Shown: positions 8,469 to 18,526 of the stretch, in pieces
How the letters are laid out: each line of letters opens with the position of its first letter
How positions within the stretch are numbered: position 1 is the stretch's first letter
Virus record (IMG/VR): IMGVR_UViG_3300028608_000006
Span: 62,001 to 126,000 of that record
Length of the DNA stretch: 64,000 nucleotides
Direction: 5' to 3' (one strand)
The notes under the pieces: model-generated
What the model was told of the DNA's origin: nothing
The model's input: the letters and a program-made list of their open reading frames with translations, nothing else
Databases searched by the model: none
Made by a program: the position numbers and the translations under genes

Positions 8469-9694
8469 TAGAACTTCGCTCGTTCAATCCAATCTTCGTT
8501 GCAAGCGAAGAACTCTTCAGGCGACTTGTACTCCTGAATGACTTCGCCGTTTTCCCAGATCTTGAGGTTAGCCGACATGAAGTTGGCCTGCACTTTGTTA
8601 CCACGCTTCGACAACAACCGACCGATATCGTTGATGTCTTCCTTCTCCAGTGCATAGAGCGGGCAGAAGTTCGTTTGCTCGCCTACCTTCCAGTTTACGA
8701 AGAGAGCGATGTCGCGGTTGAACTTCGGTGTCTTCGAGATATAGATCGCCGGTAACCCTAATTCACACAGGTCGTCGATATCACCCACGAATGGAATACC
8801 ACCCACATTACTCACCGCCAAGCGACCATAGTTCCTCTCATCGATGATCACGGGTTGGCAGAGACGCTGAGCAGATTCGATATCGGCGTCGTACCTTTTC
8901 AGCACGCTACCCGGTGCTGGGACGATTTGGGGGATCTCGTCCAACTCAACTGGGGTCAGTTTCACATAACGACGCAGGACGTTGTAAAGACCGCCGTTGC
9001 GCTCAACCCACTTTGTCAAAGCTTCCACCTGACCTTCACGAGAGGAGTTAGCGATCTCCGCCATTACCTGTTCAAGCGTATCAGGACCGTGAAGGATGGA
9101 GCGCACGCGAATGGGATCGTCACCATCAAAGTCCAGATTAGGACGCTCAGGATCGATGATAACTTTGGTTCCCCGTGGGACCTCACCAGTCTCCAAGAGC
9201 TCGTCCAGTTGCTCAGGGGTAATACGGTGAACCTCTCCGGTGTGAAGGTTGGTGGCCTCTATTTCGGCTCTCCTTTCCTTCTTTGCCTCCTCAATGATTG
9301 GATAGAGGGTTTCGGGCAGAGGATCGTCGATAGCCCTGTGATAACAGACCGGGGTGAGTATCCGGGGCATCTCGTCAGGGAAAGCGCAAACGAAACTGAT
9401 TTCTTCACCAGCAACCAACAGGCGATGAATGAACAACCCACGACGCGTGGTAATGTACGCCACCAGATTGCCAGTGCATTCGTGCTTGTTATGCACCACC
9501 AACGCAATGTGCGCAAGGGTGTTGTTGCGGGTGTCAACCAACGTACGGAGGTAACGATCACCCTCGTTCAAAGGCGGTGGTGTGAAGTCGTACTCGTCAT
9601 AGGGAATGCCATCACTGTCACGCCCTTTTGCGCACTTGTAGTCCATGTACGGATTAGGGGTTACGTTCTTGCCATCATTTTTACTAGTGGTCAT
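8468..9694 (-). CDS. Hypothetical 408-aa protein, first gene after an early promoter
   Basis: Long ORF, coupled to the next gene; no recognised motif. Confidence 0.85.
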   Translation of the reverse strand: MTTSKNDGKNVTPNPYMDYKCAKGRDSDGIPYDEYDFTPPPLNEGDRYLRTLVDTRNNTLAHIALVVHNKHECTGNLVAYITTRRGLFIHRLLVAGEEISFVCAFPDEMPRILTPVCYHRAIDDPLPETLYPIIEEAKKERRAEIEATNLHTGEVHRITPEQLDELLETGEVPRGTKVIIDPERPNLDFDGDDPIRVRSILHGPDTLEQVMAEIANSSREGQVEALTKWVERNGGLYNVLRRYVKLTPVELDEIPQIVPAPGSVLKRYDADIESAQRLCQPVIIDERNYGRLAVSNVGGIPFVGDIDDLCELGLPAIYISKTPKFNRDIALFVNWKVGEQTNFCPLYALEKEDINDIGRLLSKRGNKVQANFMSANLKIWENGEVIQEYKSPEEFFACNEDWIERAKF

Positions 9695-9742
9695 GTTAAA
9701 TTACTCTCGATGGGAATTAAAACGAATTGTTCTTACTTGGTA

Positions 9743-9774
9743 ATAATGTAGGTCTGAGTTTTATTACAAGTTAA
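9743..9774 (-). promoter_or_regulatory. phiKZ-type early promoter (variant)
   Basis: Minus strand TTAACTTGTA-n5-ACTCAGACCTACATTAT. Confidence 0.65.
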
Positions 9775-9832
9775 ACCCGTTACGAATAAGAAAATAGGAT
9801 ATGCGAAGCCAGTTTTTAAACCATGTGATTTT

Positions 9833-10450
9833 ATGTTCTACCCCACTCACCCGGTAACTACCTGTGGATTTCCTATGGCCTTCCCAAATCAACAATTGTT
9901 TTTGGAACGGTTCGTCGCTACTAACAAAGTCAGATATAGTGATAAACCACAATTCATCGCACAACTCGACCAACTGACACTCGCCCAGATCACCTTCACT
10001 AACCCCCGGACGGAAACCAACGGCGGTGTGACGAAGCATCTGGTCGACATGGCAGTCCCCGGGGTTTTCAACGCCTTAAACCAGAAGTTCATCCCTGGGA
10101 ACTATCCAGACCACGGTGTGGCCAATTTGGTTTCCCCCGACCCCTTGAGTGCAGCCGAACTACCCCTGGAGCTGACGCCAGGGATCTACTGGCAACTCAC
10201 TGGCGTAGGCGCGCAGAAGCAGGGTGCTGTGCTCATCCCCAAGGAAGGCAAGACCAAGGCTGCCATTATTTCGCTTATTAAGGAAAATTGTCTGTTCGCC
10301 CTTCTGGATGCAGACATCACGGTAGCCACTGATCTGTCCACCGCAACAATCGTATCCTCAACGATCATCGGTTCTTTGGTGGTGGTCGAAATGGGCGAGC
10401 CGATTCATGACGGTACTTATCTCCACGACGGCACGATTACCTACGGTTAA
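9833..10450 (+). CDS. Probable tail-associated protein; paralog of 30758-31345 and 31492-32067 (start may be ATG 9875)
   Basis: Directly upstream of the tail fibre; LFLERFVATNKVRYSD matches LFVDRFVAFNLDRYKD. Confidence 0.75.
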   Translation: MFYPTHPVTTCGFPMAFPNQQLFLERFVATNKVRYSDKPQFIAQLDQLTLAQITFTNPRTETNGGVTKHLVDMAVPGVFNALNQKFIPGNYPDHGVANLVSPDPLSAAELPLELTPGIYWQLTGVGAQKQGAVLIPKEGKTKAAIISLIKENCLFALLDADITVATDLSTATIVSSTIIGSLVVVEMGEPIHDGTYLHDGTITYG

Positions 10451-10493
10451 GTGACGTTACATTTTTAAAGGTTAATTCCTAAAGGGAAGAGTT

Positions 10494-13400
10494 ATGCCTA
10501 CCAACATCACAGAAGTAAGTGAATTTCCGGAAGACATCCCCCTCATCGAAACAGGGGAACCGGTCCGTGGCGGTCCTACCGGCGCTGACAACCGTGCGGC
10601 CATCCTGCTGGCCAACCGTACTCGTTACCTGAAAGACCTCGTCGAGACGCTCAGCGCTCAAGGCATCAAGGTTGTCGGCACGCTGACCACTGAAGACGAG
10701 CTGCTCGAAATCGATACCAATGGCATGATGGTTGGCACCGGTTACTTCGTCGAAAACCACCTGCGTGTCTGGAACGGCAGTGGTTGGGCTGACTCGGGTA
10801 ACCTCGCTGGCCAACGTGGCATCACCTTCCTCGGTGTATGGCCGGACAACCAACAGCTGCCTGACCCATCGCTGAACGAAATCGGCGACGCATACGTCTG
10901 GCAGCACGACATCTTCCTGCTCCTGCCGACTCCTGACAACTGGGTCAAGATCGGTATCCCGGGTGCTGAAGGTAAGGACGTTTACGAAGTAGCCGTCGAA
11001 GAAGGCTTCACCGGCACCAAGACCCAGTTCCTGACCTCGCTGATCGGTAAAGATGCATTCAAGATCGCTCAGGACAACGGCTACGCTGGCAACCAAGCGC
11101 AATGGCTCGCCAGCCTGGTCGGTAAGTCCACTTACCAGATCTGGCTTGATCGCGGTGGTATCGGTAGCGAGGATGCATTCCTCACCGCGATGAAAATCAA
11201 AGGTGATAAAGGCGACAAGGGTAACACGGGTGATCAGGGTATTCCTGCTCTGGCGTTCACTGTAGCGGGTGTCAAGGCTACTGTTGGCGCACTGCCTCGT
11301 CCTGGTAACGCGGCAGATGCCTGGTTCGTAGGCACTACTCTGTACGTCTGGACCAATGGCGATTACCTCGCACTGCCTGGCATGGGTGGTCAGAGCGCCT
11401 ACGATCTGGCCGTCCTCGGTGGCTACGGCGGTACTCAGTCCCAGTGGATCGCGAGTCTGACCGGCAAGTCGGTTTATCAGACTTGGGTCGATGCTGGTGG
11501 CACGGGTGGTACTGCCGCTTTCCTGACCGCTATGAAGGTCAAGGGTGACCAAGGTATCCAAGGTATCCAGGGCGAGACCGGTCCTTCCGGTAAGAACCTC
11601 CAGGTTCTCGGCACCGTGGCAGACCAATCGGGTCTGGCGGGCAAACCACTCGTCGACCAAGCGGCCTACGTCACACTCGACACCGGTCACCTGTGGGTAT
11701 ACGTGCTGGCTAGCACTGGGTGGGTTGACCTCGGCAAGTTCCGTGGCGCTGATGGTACCAACGGTATCAACGGCACTAATGGTCTGGCGGGTCTCAGTGC
11801 TTACCAAGTTTGGTTGGCGGCGGGTAACGTCGGTTCTCAGGCTCAGTTCTTGGCTTCCCTCAAAGGAACCAATCTGGTCATTAAAGGTGCTGTAGCAACT
11901 CAGTCGGCACTGCCAGCTTCCCCAGCTGATCAGGACGCTTACGGCGTTCGTGATACCAACACCGTTCAGCTCTGGACGAACGGTCAGTGGAACAACCTGG
12001 GTGCCTTTAAAGGTGAACAGGGTGAAGAAGGTCCTGAAGGCCAAGCTGGTCACTCGTTCGCTCTCCTGGGTAGCTTTGCCAACATGGGTGCGTTGCAAGC
12101 AGCCCACCCTACTGGCGCTCTGGGTGATGCTTACCTGATCGGTTCGAACGTCGCCATTTGGAGTACGGCGAGCGGTGGTTCGTGGATCGATGGTGGTCCA
12201 GTTCGTGGTCCAGAGGGTAAGTCTGCTTATCAGCTCTGGAAAGATGCGGGTAATTCCGGCACTGAAGCCCAGTTCCTGGCGTCGCTGAAGGGTACTGACG
12301 GCGAGAACGGTGAAGACGGCGCTGATGGCCTCAACATGGTTATCACCGACGTTGTAAACACCTACAGCGCTCTGCCACTCGCTCCAGCTGACAAGTCGGT
12401 TTATGCGGTGCGGGATGTCAACAAGCTGTACGCGCGCATCGGCAGCTCCTGGAAAGACATGGGTACCTTCAAAGGTACTGACGGTATCAATGGTACCAAC
12501 GGTACTGATGGTAAAGATGGCCAGTCCGTCGAAATCGTCAAGGTCCTCACCGTAATCGATCCGAACGTTCCGTCGGTTGCCGGTAACAACGGCAAAGCTT
12601 ACGTTGACATGGACGGCAACATCTACTTCTGCATCGCTGGTTCTTGGGTGCTGGGTGGTAAGGTTGGTGCGACGGGCGACAAGGGTGAAGCCGGTACGGG
12701 TCTCTCGCTCCGTGGTACCGTGGCTACTGTGACGGCACTCCCTGCCAAAGCAACTGCTGAAGATGGCGACGGCTGGTTCACCCAAGATGACAAGATGCTG
12801 TATGTCTTGACTGACGGTGAGTGGGCGGGTCCGTTCGACATCAACGGCATGCAGGGTATTCAGGGTGAACAAGGTCCTGAAGGTCAGGCTGGTAAGTCGA
12901 TCTCGATCCTGGGTGCATACGCTACTCTGGGAGCACTGGCTGCGGCACATCCAACTGGCGCGTTGGGCGATGGTTACTTGGTTGGCAACAACCTAGCAAT
13001 CTGGACTACCGCTGGTGGTGGTCAGTGGATCGACATCGGTCTCATCCGTGGTCCTCAAGGTATTCAGGGTATCCCTGGTCCGCAAGGTATCCAAGGTGTT
13101 CCGGGTCCTCGTGGTCTGATCGGTAGCCGTTGGTTGAAGCTGCCTGTGGGTGTGGACGTTCCAGAAGTGGGCTTCACCGGTAACGTGGGTGACTGGGCGG
13201 TTTCCGAAACGTTCAAGGTCTACTACAAAACCGCTGACCAAGGCTGGATCTTCTGGGGTGAGTTGGTGGCGGGTGATGTTAACTCTCCATTCCTCGGCCA
13301 AGGCAAGGTTGTACGTTACGGTACTCAGTGGATTCCACTGCCTGTTGACGAAGTTCCGCTTCTGGTTGATGGCAAGCTGTACGTCCGTCAACTGGTCGAC

Positions 13401-14402
13401 GGTAGCGACGACAATGAAGGTGAGTGGGTAGAGCTTCCGAACTACGTTGTCGATGTTCCTACCGACAGCAACACCTACATGCGTAAAGGCGACCATACCT
13501 GGTTCCAGTACACCCCACCTACGCTGACCAGCTTGGGCGGTGTGCCGACTACGGCGTTGGGCGATACCGTTGCCACACTGGTAGCTGGTAAAATCCCGGC
13601 GGGTCAACTGCCTAGCTACGTCGATGATGTGTTGGAGTTTGCTAACCAAGCGGCCTTCCCGGCGACTGGTGAAACAGGGAAGATCTACATCTCCCTCGCA
13701 ACCAACGCTCAGTTCCGCTGGACGGGTAGTGTCTACATCGGTCTGGTGGCTTCGCCTGGCACCACGGATGCTGTTGCAGAGGGTACTACTAACCTCTACC
13801 ACACTCCTGCTCGTGTGCGCGCCGTTACACTGGCTGGCGTCTCCTTCGGTACTGGTGGCGCTATCACCGCTGCGGATACTGTCCTCACGGCCTTCGGTAA
13901 AATCCAGGCGCAGATCACTGCGTTCGTACCTGGGTTCGCCGATGTCCCAACGGACAGCAACTTGTACGTTCGTAAGGGCGACAAGACCTGGGTGGTTCTG
14001 CCAGCTCAAGGTATCGCGGCACCTGCGAACGACGGTAAACAATACGTCTACAAAGGTACCGGCTGGGTTTCCTTCGACCGTTACGACGTACCGATCCTGG
14101 CTCTGTCTGCAACTGGCGGTATCGACCCGAACGTTAACCTGTTCGCTCGTATCGACAACAGTGGTGCAACTGCTAAAACCATTACGCTGGCCGACGGTCC
14201 GAAAGGCGCCTCTGCTCGTGCTCTGGTACTGGTAGTGAAAGTCAACGGTGCTGCTGGTGTGATTACCTTCGCTCCTACTGGTGCAACCGCATTGGTTTGG
14301 AACACCGGTTCTCCTCCGGCCTTGACTGGCAGCCGTACTTACCTCACGTTCACCTGGGATGGTGTCGAGTGGGTGGGTGCGGCAGGTGCAGTAGTGCCTT
14401 AA
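10494..14402 (+). CDS. Tail fibre protein with collagen-like Gly-X-Y repeats and repeated modules
   Basis: N-terminal GEPVRGGPTGADNRAAILLANRTRYLK fibre anchor motif; GxQG/GxxG triplets; GKSAYQxW...QFLASLKG repeats; GKIPAGQLPSYVDDVLEF module; C-terminal DxPxDxxxYxRK repeats. Confidence 0.88.
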   Translation: MPTNITEVSEFPEDIPLIETGEPVRGGPTGADNRAAILLANRTRYLKDLVETLSAQGIKVVGTLTTEDELLEIDTNGMMVGTGYFVENHLRVWNGSGWADSGNLAGQRGITFLGVWPDNQQLPDPSLNEIGDAYVWQHDIFLLLPTPDNWVKIGIPGAEGKDVYEVAVEEGFTGTKTQFLTSLIGKDAFKIAQDNGYAGNQAQWLASLVGKSTYQIWLDRGGIGSEDAFLTAMKIKGDKGDKGNTGDQGIPALAFTVAGVKATVGALPRPGNAADAWFVGTTLYVWTNGDYLALPGMGGQSAYDLAVLGGYGGTQSQWIASLTGKSVYQTWVDAGGTGGTAAFLTAMKVKGDQGIQGIQGETGPSGKNLQVLGTVADQSGLAGKPLVDQAAYVTLDTGHLWVYVLASTGWVDLGKFRGADGTNGINGTNGLAGLSAYQVWLAAGNVGSQAQFLASLKGTNLVIKGAVATQSALPASPADQDAYGVRDTNTVQLWTNGQWNNLGAFKGEQGEEGPEGQAGHSFALLGSFANMGALQAAHPTGALGDAYLIGSNVAIWSTASGGSWIDGGPVRGPEGKSAYQLWKDAGNSGTEAQFLASLKGTDGENGEDGADGLNMVITDVVNTYSALPLAPADKSVYAVRDVNKLYARIGSSWKDMGTFKGTDGINGTNGTDGKDGQSVEIVKVLTVIDPNVPSVAGNNGKAYVDMDGNIYFCIAGSWVLGGKVGATGDKGEAGTGLSLRGTVATVTALPAKATAEDGDGWFTQDDKMLYVLTDGEWAGPFDINGMQGIQGEQGPEGQAGKSISILGAYATLGALAAAHPTGALGDGYLVGNNLAIWTTAGGGQWIDIGLIRGPQGIQGIPGPQGIQGVPGPRGLIGSRWLKLPVGVDVPEVGFTGNVGDWAVSETFKVYYKTADQGWIFWGELVAGDVNSPFLGQGKVVRYGTQWIPLPVDEVPLLVDGKLYVRQLVDGSDDNEGEWVELPNYVVDVPTDSNTYMRKGDHTWFQYTPPTLTSLGGVPTTALGDTVATLVAGKIPAGQLPSYVDDVLEFANQAAFPATGETGKIYISLATNAQFRWTGSVYIGLVASPGTTDAVAEGTTNLYHTPARVRAVTLAGVSFGTGGAITAADTVLTAFGKIQAQITAFVPGFADVPTDSNLYVRKGDKTWVVLPAQGIAAPANDGKQYVYKGTGWVSFDRYDVPILALSATGGIDPNVNLFARIDNSGATAKTITLADGPKGASARALVLVVKVNGAAGVITFAPTGATALVWNTGSPPALTGSRTYLTFTWDGVEWVGAAGAVVP

Positions 14403-14416
14403 CCCCTGAGCACATG

Positions 14417-14442
14417 GAGCCTCCCTTTCACGGGGAGGTTTC
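14417..14442 (+). terminator. Hairpin after the tail fibre gene
   Basis: GAGCCTCCC...GGGAGGTTTC, imperfect stem. Confidence 0.55.
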
Positions 14443-14471
14443 CTGTGTGCTTATTTAAAGGAGTTGCAGTT

Positions 14472-15443
14472 ATGTTTGAAGCACTCGTGGGGATAGGTTC
14501 AAGAGGACAGACACTTTTCCCTGACTCTGGTCCTGGCTCCAAGAACCTTCTTTACGGTAATGAGCAATTAGGTTACTTCGGCTCCGTTGCTCAAGTCGAC
14601 ATGGTCAATGCCGGCAAGATACGAAGTCTTTTTAACTTCTACGCTGGTGTCGACGACAGTAATGTATTCGTTTGGCACAAAATGTTTTACAAGGGTCGGG
14701 TGTTGTTTATCCCTAGCCAGACACTCGCGTACAACCTCAGCTGGAACCAGCTGTATAACGCCGGACTAGTTTACGGTGTGGATGGTAACGGTTACGCGCC
14801 AACCGCCACTCCGACGAACCAATTTAAGATTCTCAACGTTGGCACAGATGTCTTGAAGATTAGACTCCTCTCTGCCGACTCGAACCCCGATCCCACCACC
14901 TTTGTTTCGCAACAACTGTTAACAAGCGGACCGGCGAACGTTACCGGATCTGAATGGGTTTCTTTGGTTTACGCTTTGATCCAAAACGCACCGGTTGGTT
15001 ACTCTGGACCTAAGTGGAGTTTGATCTCTCCAAACTCCTTTGCTTGGGGTGGTCGCAAGGTTCATACACAACGGACCATTAACAACAGTCCAAGTAGCGC
15101 GCAACATGTGGATAACGTATATTCGTACGCCTCGCCTAAGACGGAGGCTAACTATTGGCTCCCCGTACTTGAGTTGATTCCAGGTAACGAACTCCCGCTG
15201 CTGCCGTACATTGATTTGGCTGCTCAGCTTGATCCGCTTCAACCGATATCGGTCACACAGATTGTCCAAGACGTCGGGTTAACGAAGTACAGAGTGGTAA
15301 ATACCACCGTAGTGATTCATGAACCCCCAGTGGTGACCGATATCACTTACCCTGTACAGATTCAAAAGATCCGACGCACCGAGATCCAAATAGAGACCAC
15401 ACCTCTTCAGAGTTTGGTGGTTACAGACTTCGTTTATTCCTGA
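14472..15443 (+). CDS. Virion structural protein, phiKZ gp131-135-like family
   Basis: DSGPGSKNLLYGNEQLGYFG...WLPVLELIP; AAGGAG RBS before ATG 14472. Confidence 0.75.
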   Translation: MFEALVGIGSRGQTLFPDSGPGSKNLLYGNEQLGYFGSVAQVDMVNAGKIRSLFNFYAGVDDSNVFVWHKMFYKGRVLFIPSQTLAYNLSWNQLYNAGLVYGVDGNGYAPTATPTNQFKILNVGTDVLKIRLLSADSNPDPTTFVSQQLLTSGPANVTGSEWVSLVYALIQNAPVGYSGPKWSLISPNSFAWGGRKVHTQRTINNSPSSAQHVDNVYSYASPKTEANYWLPVLELIPGNELPLLPYIDLAAQLDPLQPISVTQIVQDVGLTKYRVVNTTVVIHEPPVVTDITYPVQIQKIRRTEIQIETTPLQSLVVTDFVYS

Positions 15444-15453
15444 GGTATAGTGA

Positions 15454-16413
15454 ATGTACGTCAAACTTAAATGGCTGAACCGTAACCAAGTTCCGGTGAC
15501 GACCAAGGTTTACAGAAACGATACACAAAAGCCCAATGACCAATTGGGTACTGCGTTGGCAACCCTCGACGGCTCGATCCTCACCTGGACCGACAACACC
15601 GTGGTGAGCCGTAGTACGTACTGGTACACCCTCGAAACCATCAACGGCGGTCAGAGTGTCTACTCAGCGCCGATAAAGGTAGTGGCTGATTATAACAATG
15701 GGCCTGGTCCTCGTGATCTGCAATGGGGTGATTCCCAGCTGGGTTACTTCGGTACGATTCTCTCGGTTGACTTCATTAACCCTGCCGACGTTACTGCGCT
15801 GCTTAACGTTCCGCCACAAGTTAACACCTCTTATCCGATGCCTGCATGGAGTAAGTGGATTCGACGGGGGAAGATTCTCTACATCCCGGCCGCGCCTATC
15901 CACCTGTACGCACCATACGACACGTACTACAAGTCGGGTGTTCACTTCGGCACCGATGACAATGGTCCTTGGATGCCGAGCACGGTAACAGTTCCGGTTA
16001 ACCAGCGAAAAATCATCACCAAAGGTTTCGACCAGTTCATTGTTCGTCTTCCCACAGGTGCTGATGACCGGAACAATCCAACGGACAGCATTATTGCGGC
16101 GCCCGCGGATAGTCTGCGTCGTTACAGCGAAGTGGCGGACCTTATTTACCCAATGGTTAACTCAGTGGTGTGTCCAAGTGCAAGGGTTCCCAAGCTCCCT
16201 AACGCGGTAACCCCCAACATCATGAACGGTGGTCGAGAAATAGCCTTGTCTACTCGCATGGGTACGACTGGATTTACTCGTGCGTTCCCGACTTCTCCAC
16301 CGACCGATCCGGTAGCTTTTGAGAAGTTGTTCGCCAGTCCATGGTCCACCGCCTGCGTTTGGATGCCGGTATTGGAAATGATCCCTGATAAAGGCATTGA
16401 GGTGGTAATATGA
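15454..16413 (+). CDS. Virion structural protein: FN3/Ig-like N-domain plus gp131-like family domain
   Basis: VKLKW...KVYR...WTD...YWY, then GPGPRDLQWGDSQLGYFG...WMPVLEMIP. Confidence 0.75.
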   Translation: MYVKLKWLNRNQVPVTTKVYRNDTQKPNDQLGTALATLDGSILTWTDNTVVSRSTYWYTLETINGGQSVYSAPIKVVADYNNGPGPRDLQWGDSQLGYFGTILSVDFINPADVTALLNVPPQVNTSYPMPAWSKWIRRGKILYIPAAPIHLYAPYDTYYKSGVHFGTDDNGPWMPSTVTVPVNQRKIITKGFDQFIVRLPTGADDRNNPTDSIIAAPADSLRRYSEVADLIYPMVNSVVCPSARVPKLPNAVTPNIMNGGREIALSTRMGTTGFTRAFPTSPPTDPVAFEKLFASPWSTACVWMPVLEMIPDKGIEVVI

Positions 16414-17309
16414 GTATCACAATCAAGTGGGTCAATCCAAACACCACGTTTGATGAGGTTCAGGTTTTCCGTTCTGACACCAAACTGGCCGCCGGGGCAA
16501 TCCCTACCAACAAGATCGCCACGATCACGGACAGCGGAATCCTCCAGTACGAGGACACCACTGCGCTTCAGAACAAGTACTACTGGTACGTGATTGCGGT
16601 TAAGAAGGGAACTGAGGTTGTGTACGCGCCCCAGTCTGTGGCCATCAACATGCCGTACACCGGTCCTGGTCCGTCGACCCTTCAGTCGGGAACGTGGGAG
16701 CGTGGATTCTTCGGGATCATGCAAGCGGCCGATTTGGTGCTTACTCAAGAAATCCAAGCAATAACTGGCGGTACCGCCAACGCCACCCAAGGAGAATGGG
16801 GTAAGTTTATCCTGAAGGGTAAAATCTTGTTTGCCCCTCTTCGGCATGTTTTAACCATTAGCTGGAATGCCTTGTACAGTGCCGGCTGCATGTACGGGGT
16901 GGCTGGGAATGGCCCCGCAACTGGCCACGGGTTGACTGGTGTGGACCAACTCAAGATCCTCAGCAAGGGAGAACATGATTTCATTATCAGAACCCCTCGT
17001 TGCCAAACGTCTGCTGATTACGTCTACAATTCTGGCGTTCCAAAGGACTACGATAGCGAATGGTTCCACTGCTTTGTTAGCATGTTTAACCAGAACAACC
17101 CGTTCCCTAGTAGCGACGTGGCGAGTTATGACCCCGCCATTTACTTCCTTCAGACAAGTAGTTACAACACTGTGTTTGCTGAGTTCAATGGCGCTAACGC
17201 CGCTTCTCAATACGCCGGCAGTAATCCAGGACAGGTCATGGCACCAGGCTCTGGTACCCCTCGCGCCAGCGCCTTCATGCAGCGCATGATCCTCGAACTC
17301 GTTCTTTAA
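16410..17309 (+). CDS. Virion structural protein: FN3/Ig-like N-domain plus gp131-like family domain
   Basis: ITIKW...QVFR...YED...YYWY, then GPGPSTLQSGTWERGFFG; ATGA overlap with the previous gene. Confidence 0.75.
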   Translation: MSITIKWVNPNTTFDEVQVFRSDTKLAAGAIPTNKIATITDSGILQYEDTTALQNKYYWYVIAVKKGTEVVYAPQSVAINMPYTGPGPSTLQSGTWERGFFGIMQAADLVLTQEIQAITGGTANATQGEWGKFILKGKILFAPLRHVLTISWNALYSAGCMYGVAGNGPATGHGLTGVDQLKILSKGEHDFIIRTPRCQTSADYVYNSGVPKDYDSEWFHCFVSMFNQNNPFPSSDVASYDPAIYFLQTSSYNTVFAEFNGANAASQYAGSNPGQVMAPGSGTPRASAFMQRMILELVL

Positions 17310-17336
17310 CACAACCCCTCCTTTAAGGAATTGATT

Positions 17337-17987
17337 ATGTCTCTTGTTACCCGCAATACCAAACTGATCCACGCTGAAACCATGGCTTACCCACTGTTCT
17401 TGTCGGACATGCCGCGGTACGCCCCTAACACCGTGTTCCCTGCCAGCGTCGATTCCGACTGCCTGATCGACTTCGAAATCGAAGTGGTCCATGACGTCGC
17501 TCAACCAGAAGGCGATATCATCTCTGAAGGCGTCCCAGAGTTCCGTGACGGCGAATGGTACCAGACCTGGACCGTCCGTAACTTCAGCGACGAAGAGAAG
17601 GCTGCAAAGCTTGCAGAGCGTAAATCCGTTATGCAGGGAGAAGCCGAGCAACTCCGTCTGAACGCCTTCGCTTTTGGCTTCCCGTACCAGTTCGGTGAAA
17701 ACGTTTACCACGTACAAGTACGTACTGGTGACCGTGGCAACATCTCCGACCTGCGCACCATCGCCAAGGAAGTGATCGCTGGCGGCGGTGAGATGACTTT
17801 CGATTTCCGTACGCTGGAAAACGTTGAAGTTCCACTCACTGCTCCAGAGATGGTAGCGCTGGCCGACAAGACCTTCGTGCAAGTGGTTGCCGGCTACAAG
17901 GTGATCTGGGCTTACAAGAAGGCCATCGATCTCGCCACCACCATGGAAGAGCTCCCTACAGCACCGGGAACCTTCTTCACCCTGTAA
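17337..17987 (+). CDS. DUF4376-like tail fibre assembly/chaperone protein
   Basis: N-terminal YPL...WYQTW segment plus C-terminal FRTLENVEVPLTAPEMVAL...KAIDLATTMEEL, typical of tail-fibre-linked DUF4376 proteins. Confidence 0.65.
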   Translation: MSLVTRNTKLIHAETMAYPLFLSDMPRYAPNTVFPASVDSDCLIDFEIEVVHDVAQPEGDIISEGVPEFRDGEWYQTWTVRNFSDEEKAAKLAERKSVMQGEAEQLRLNAFAFGFPYQFGENVYHVQVRTGDRGNISDLRTIAKEVIAGGGEMTFDFRTLENVEVPLTAPEMVALADKTFVQVVAGYKVIWAYKKAIDLATTMEELPTAPGTFFTL

Positions 17988-17995
17988 CCCTCAAC

Positions 17996-18015
17996 CCTCC
18001 CTCTTCGGAGGGAGG
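17996..18015 (+). terminator. 8-bp hairpin with a UUCG tetraloop
   Basis: CCTCCCTC-TTCG-GAGGGAGG. Confidence 0.7.
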
Positions 18016-18038
18016 ATTAACCACATGGAGTTTTAACG

Positions 18039-18497
18039 ATGAGTGACTTTACAAGGTTCAGTGCAGTTGAGTCTTTGAGTTACGACCAGGGTGCTAGTCG
18101 TTTCTACGGCAAGGACTTCTGGAAGGTGGCCGCAGGATATCGTTATTACATCGGGTTCAAGGGATCTTCTCGGTACATTGACGTTCCGACTGGGTTCCTA
18201 ACTGATGGCGCTACCATCCCACGGTTCTTGTGGTGGCTGCTTCCTCCTTTGGGCGAATACAGTCAGGCCACCACCCTTCACGATTACCTGTGTAGAACAT
18301 ACAAAATCATCGAAGTGATCGATGGTGTTCCAACGGAGGTGGCGGTAACCCGTAAGGAGATTGACGGGATCTTACGCGAAGCAATGGAAGTGCTTGAGGT
18401 AGCGGCTTGGAAACGCTTCCTGATCAATTGCGGCGTTGAAGGTTACCGGGTAGTGACTAATCCCACTAAACCCAAAGGACTCGCACTCGCTGAATAA
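18039..18497 (+). CDS. DUF1353-family protein
   Basis: VPTGFLTDGATIPRFLWWLLPPLGEYSQATTLHDYLC signature. Confidence 0.85.
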   Translation: MSDFTRFSAVESLSYDQGASRFYGKDFWKVAAGYRYYIGFKGSSRYIDVPTGFLTDGATIPRFLWWLLPPLGEYSQATTLHDYLCRTYKIIEVIDGVPTEVAVTRKEIDGILREAMEVLEVAAWKRFLINCGVEGYRVVTNPTKPKGLALAE

Positions 18498-18526
18498 CAA
18501 CATATTCCTTTGGGGGAGAACACATC

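Noticed and set aside
10479-14042. 823-aa and 349-aa minus-strand ORFs
   Set aside because: Antisense shadows of the tail fibre; biased codon usage removes stops on the opposite strand.
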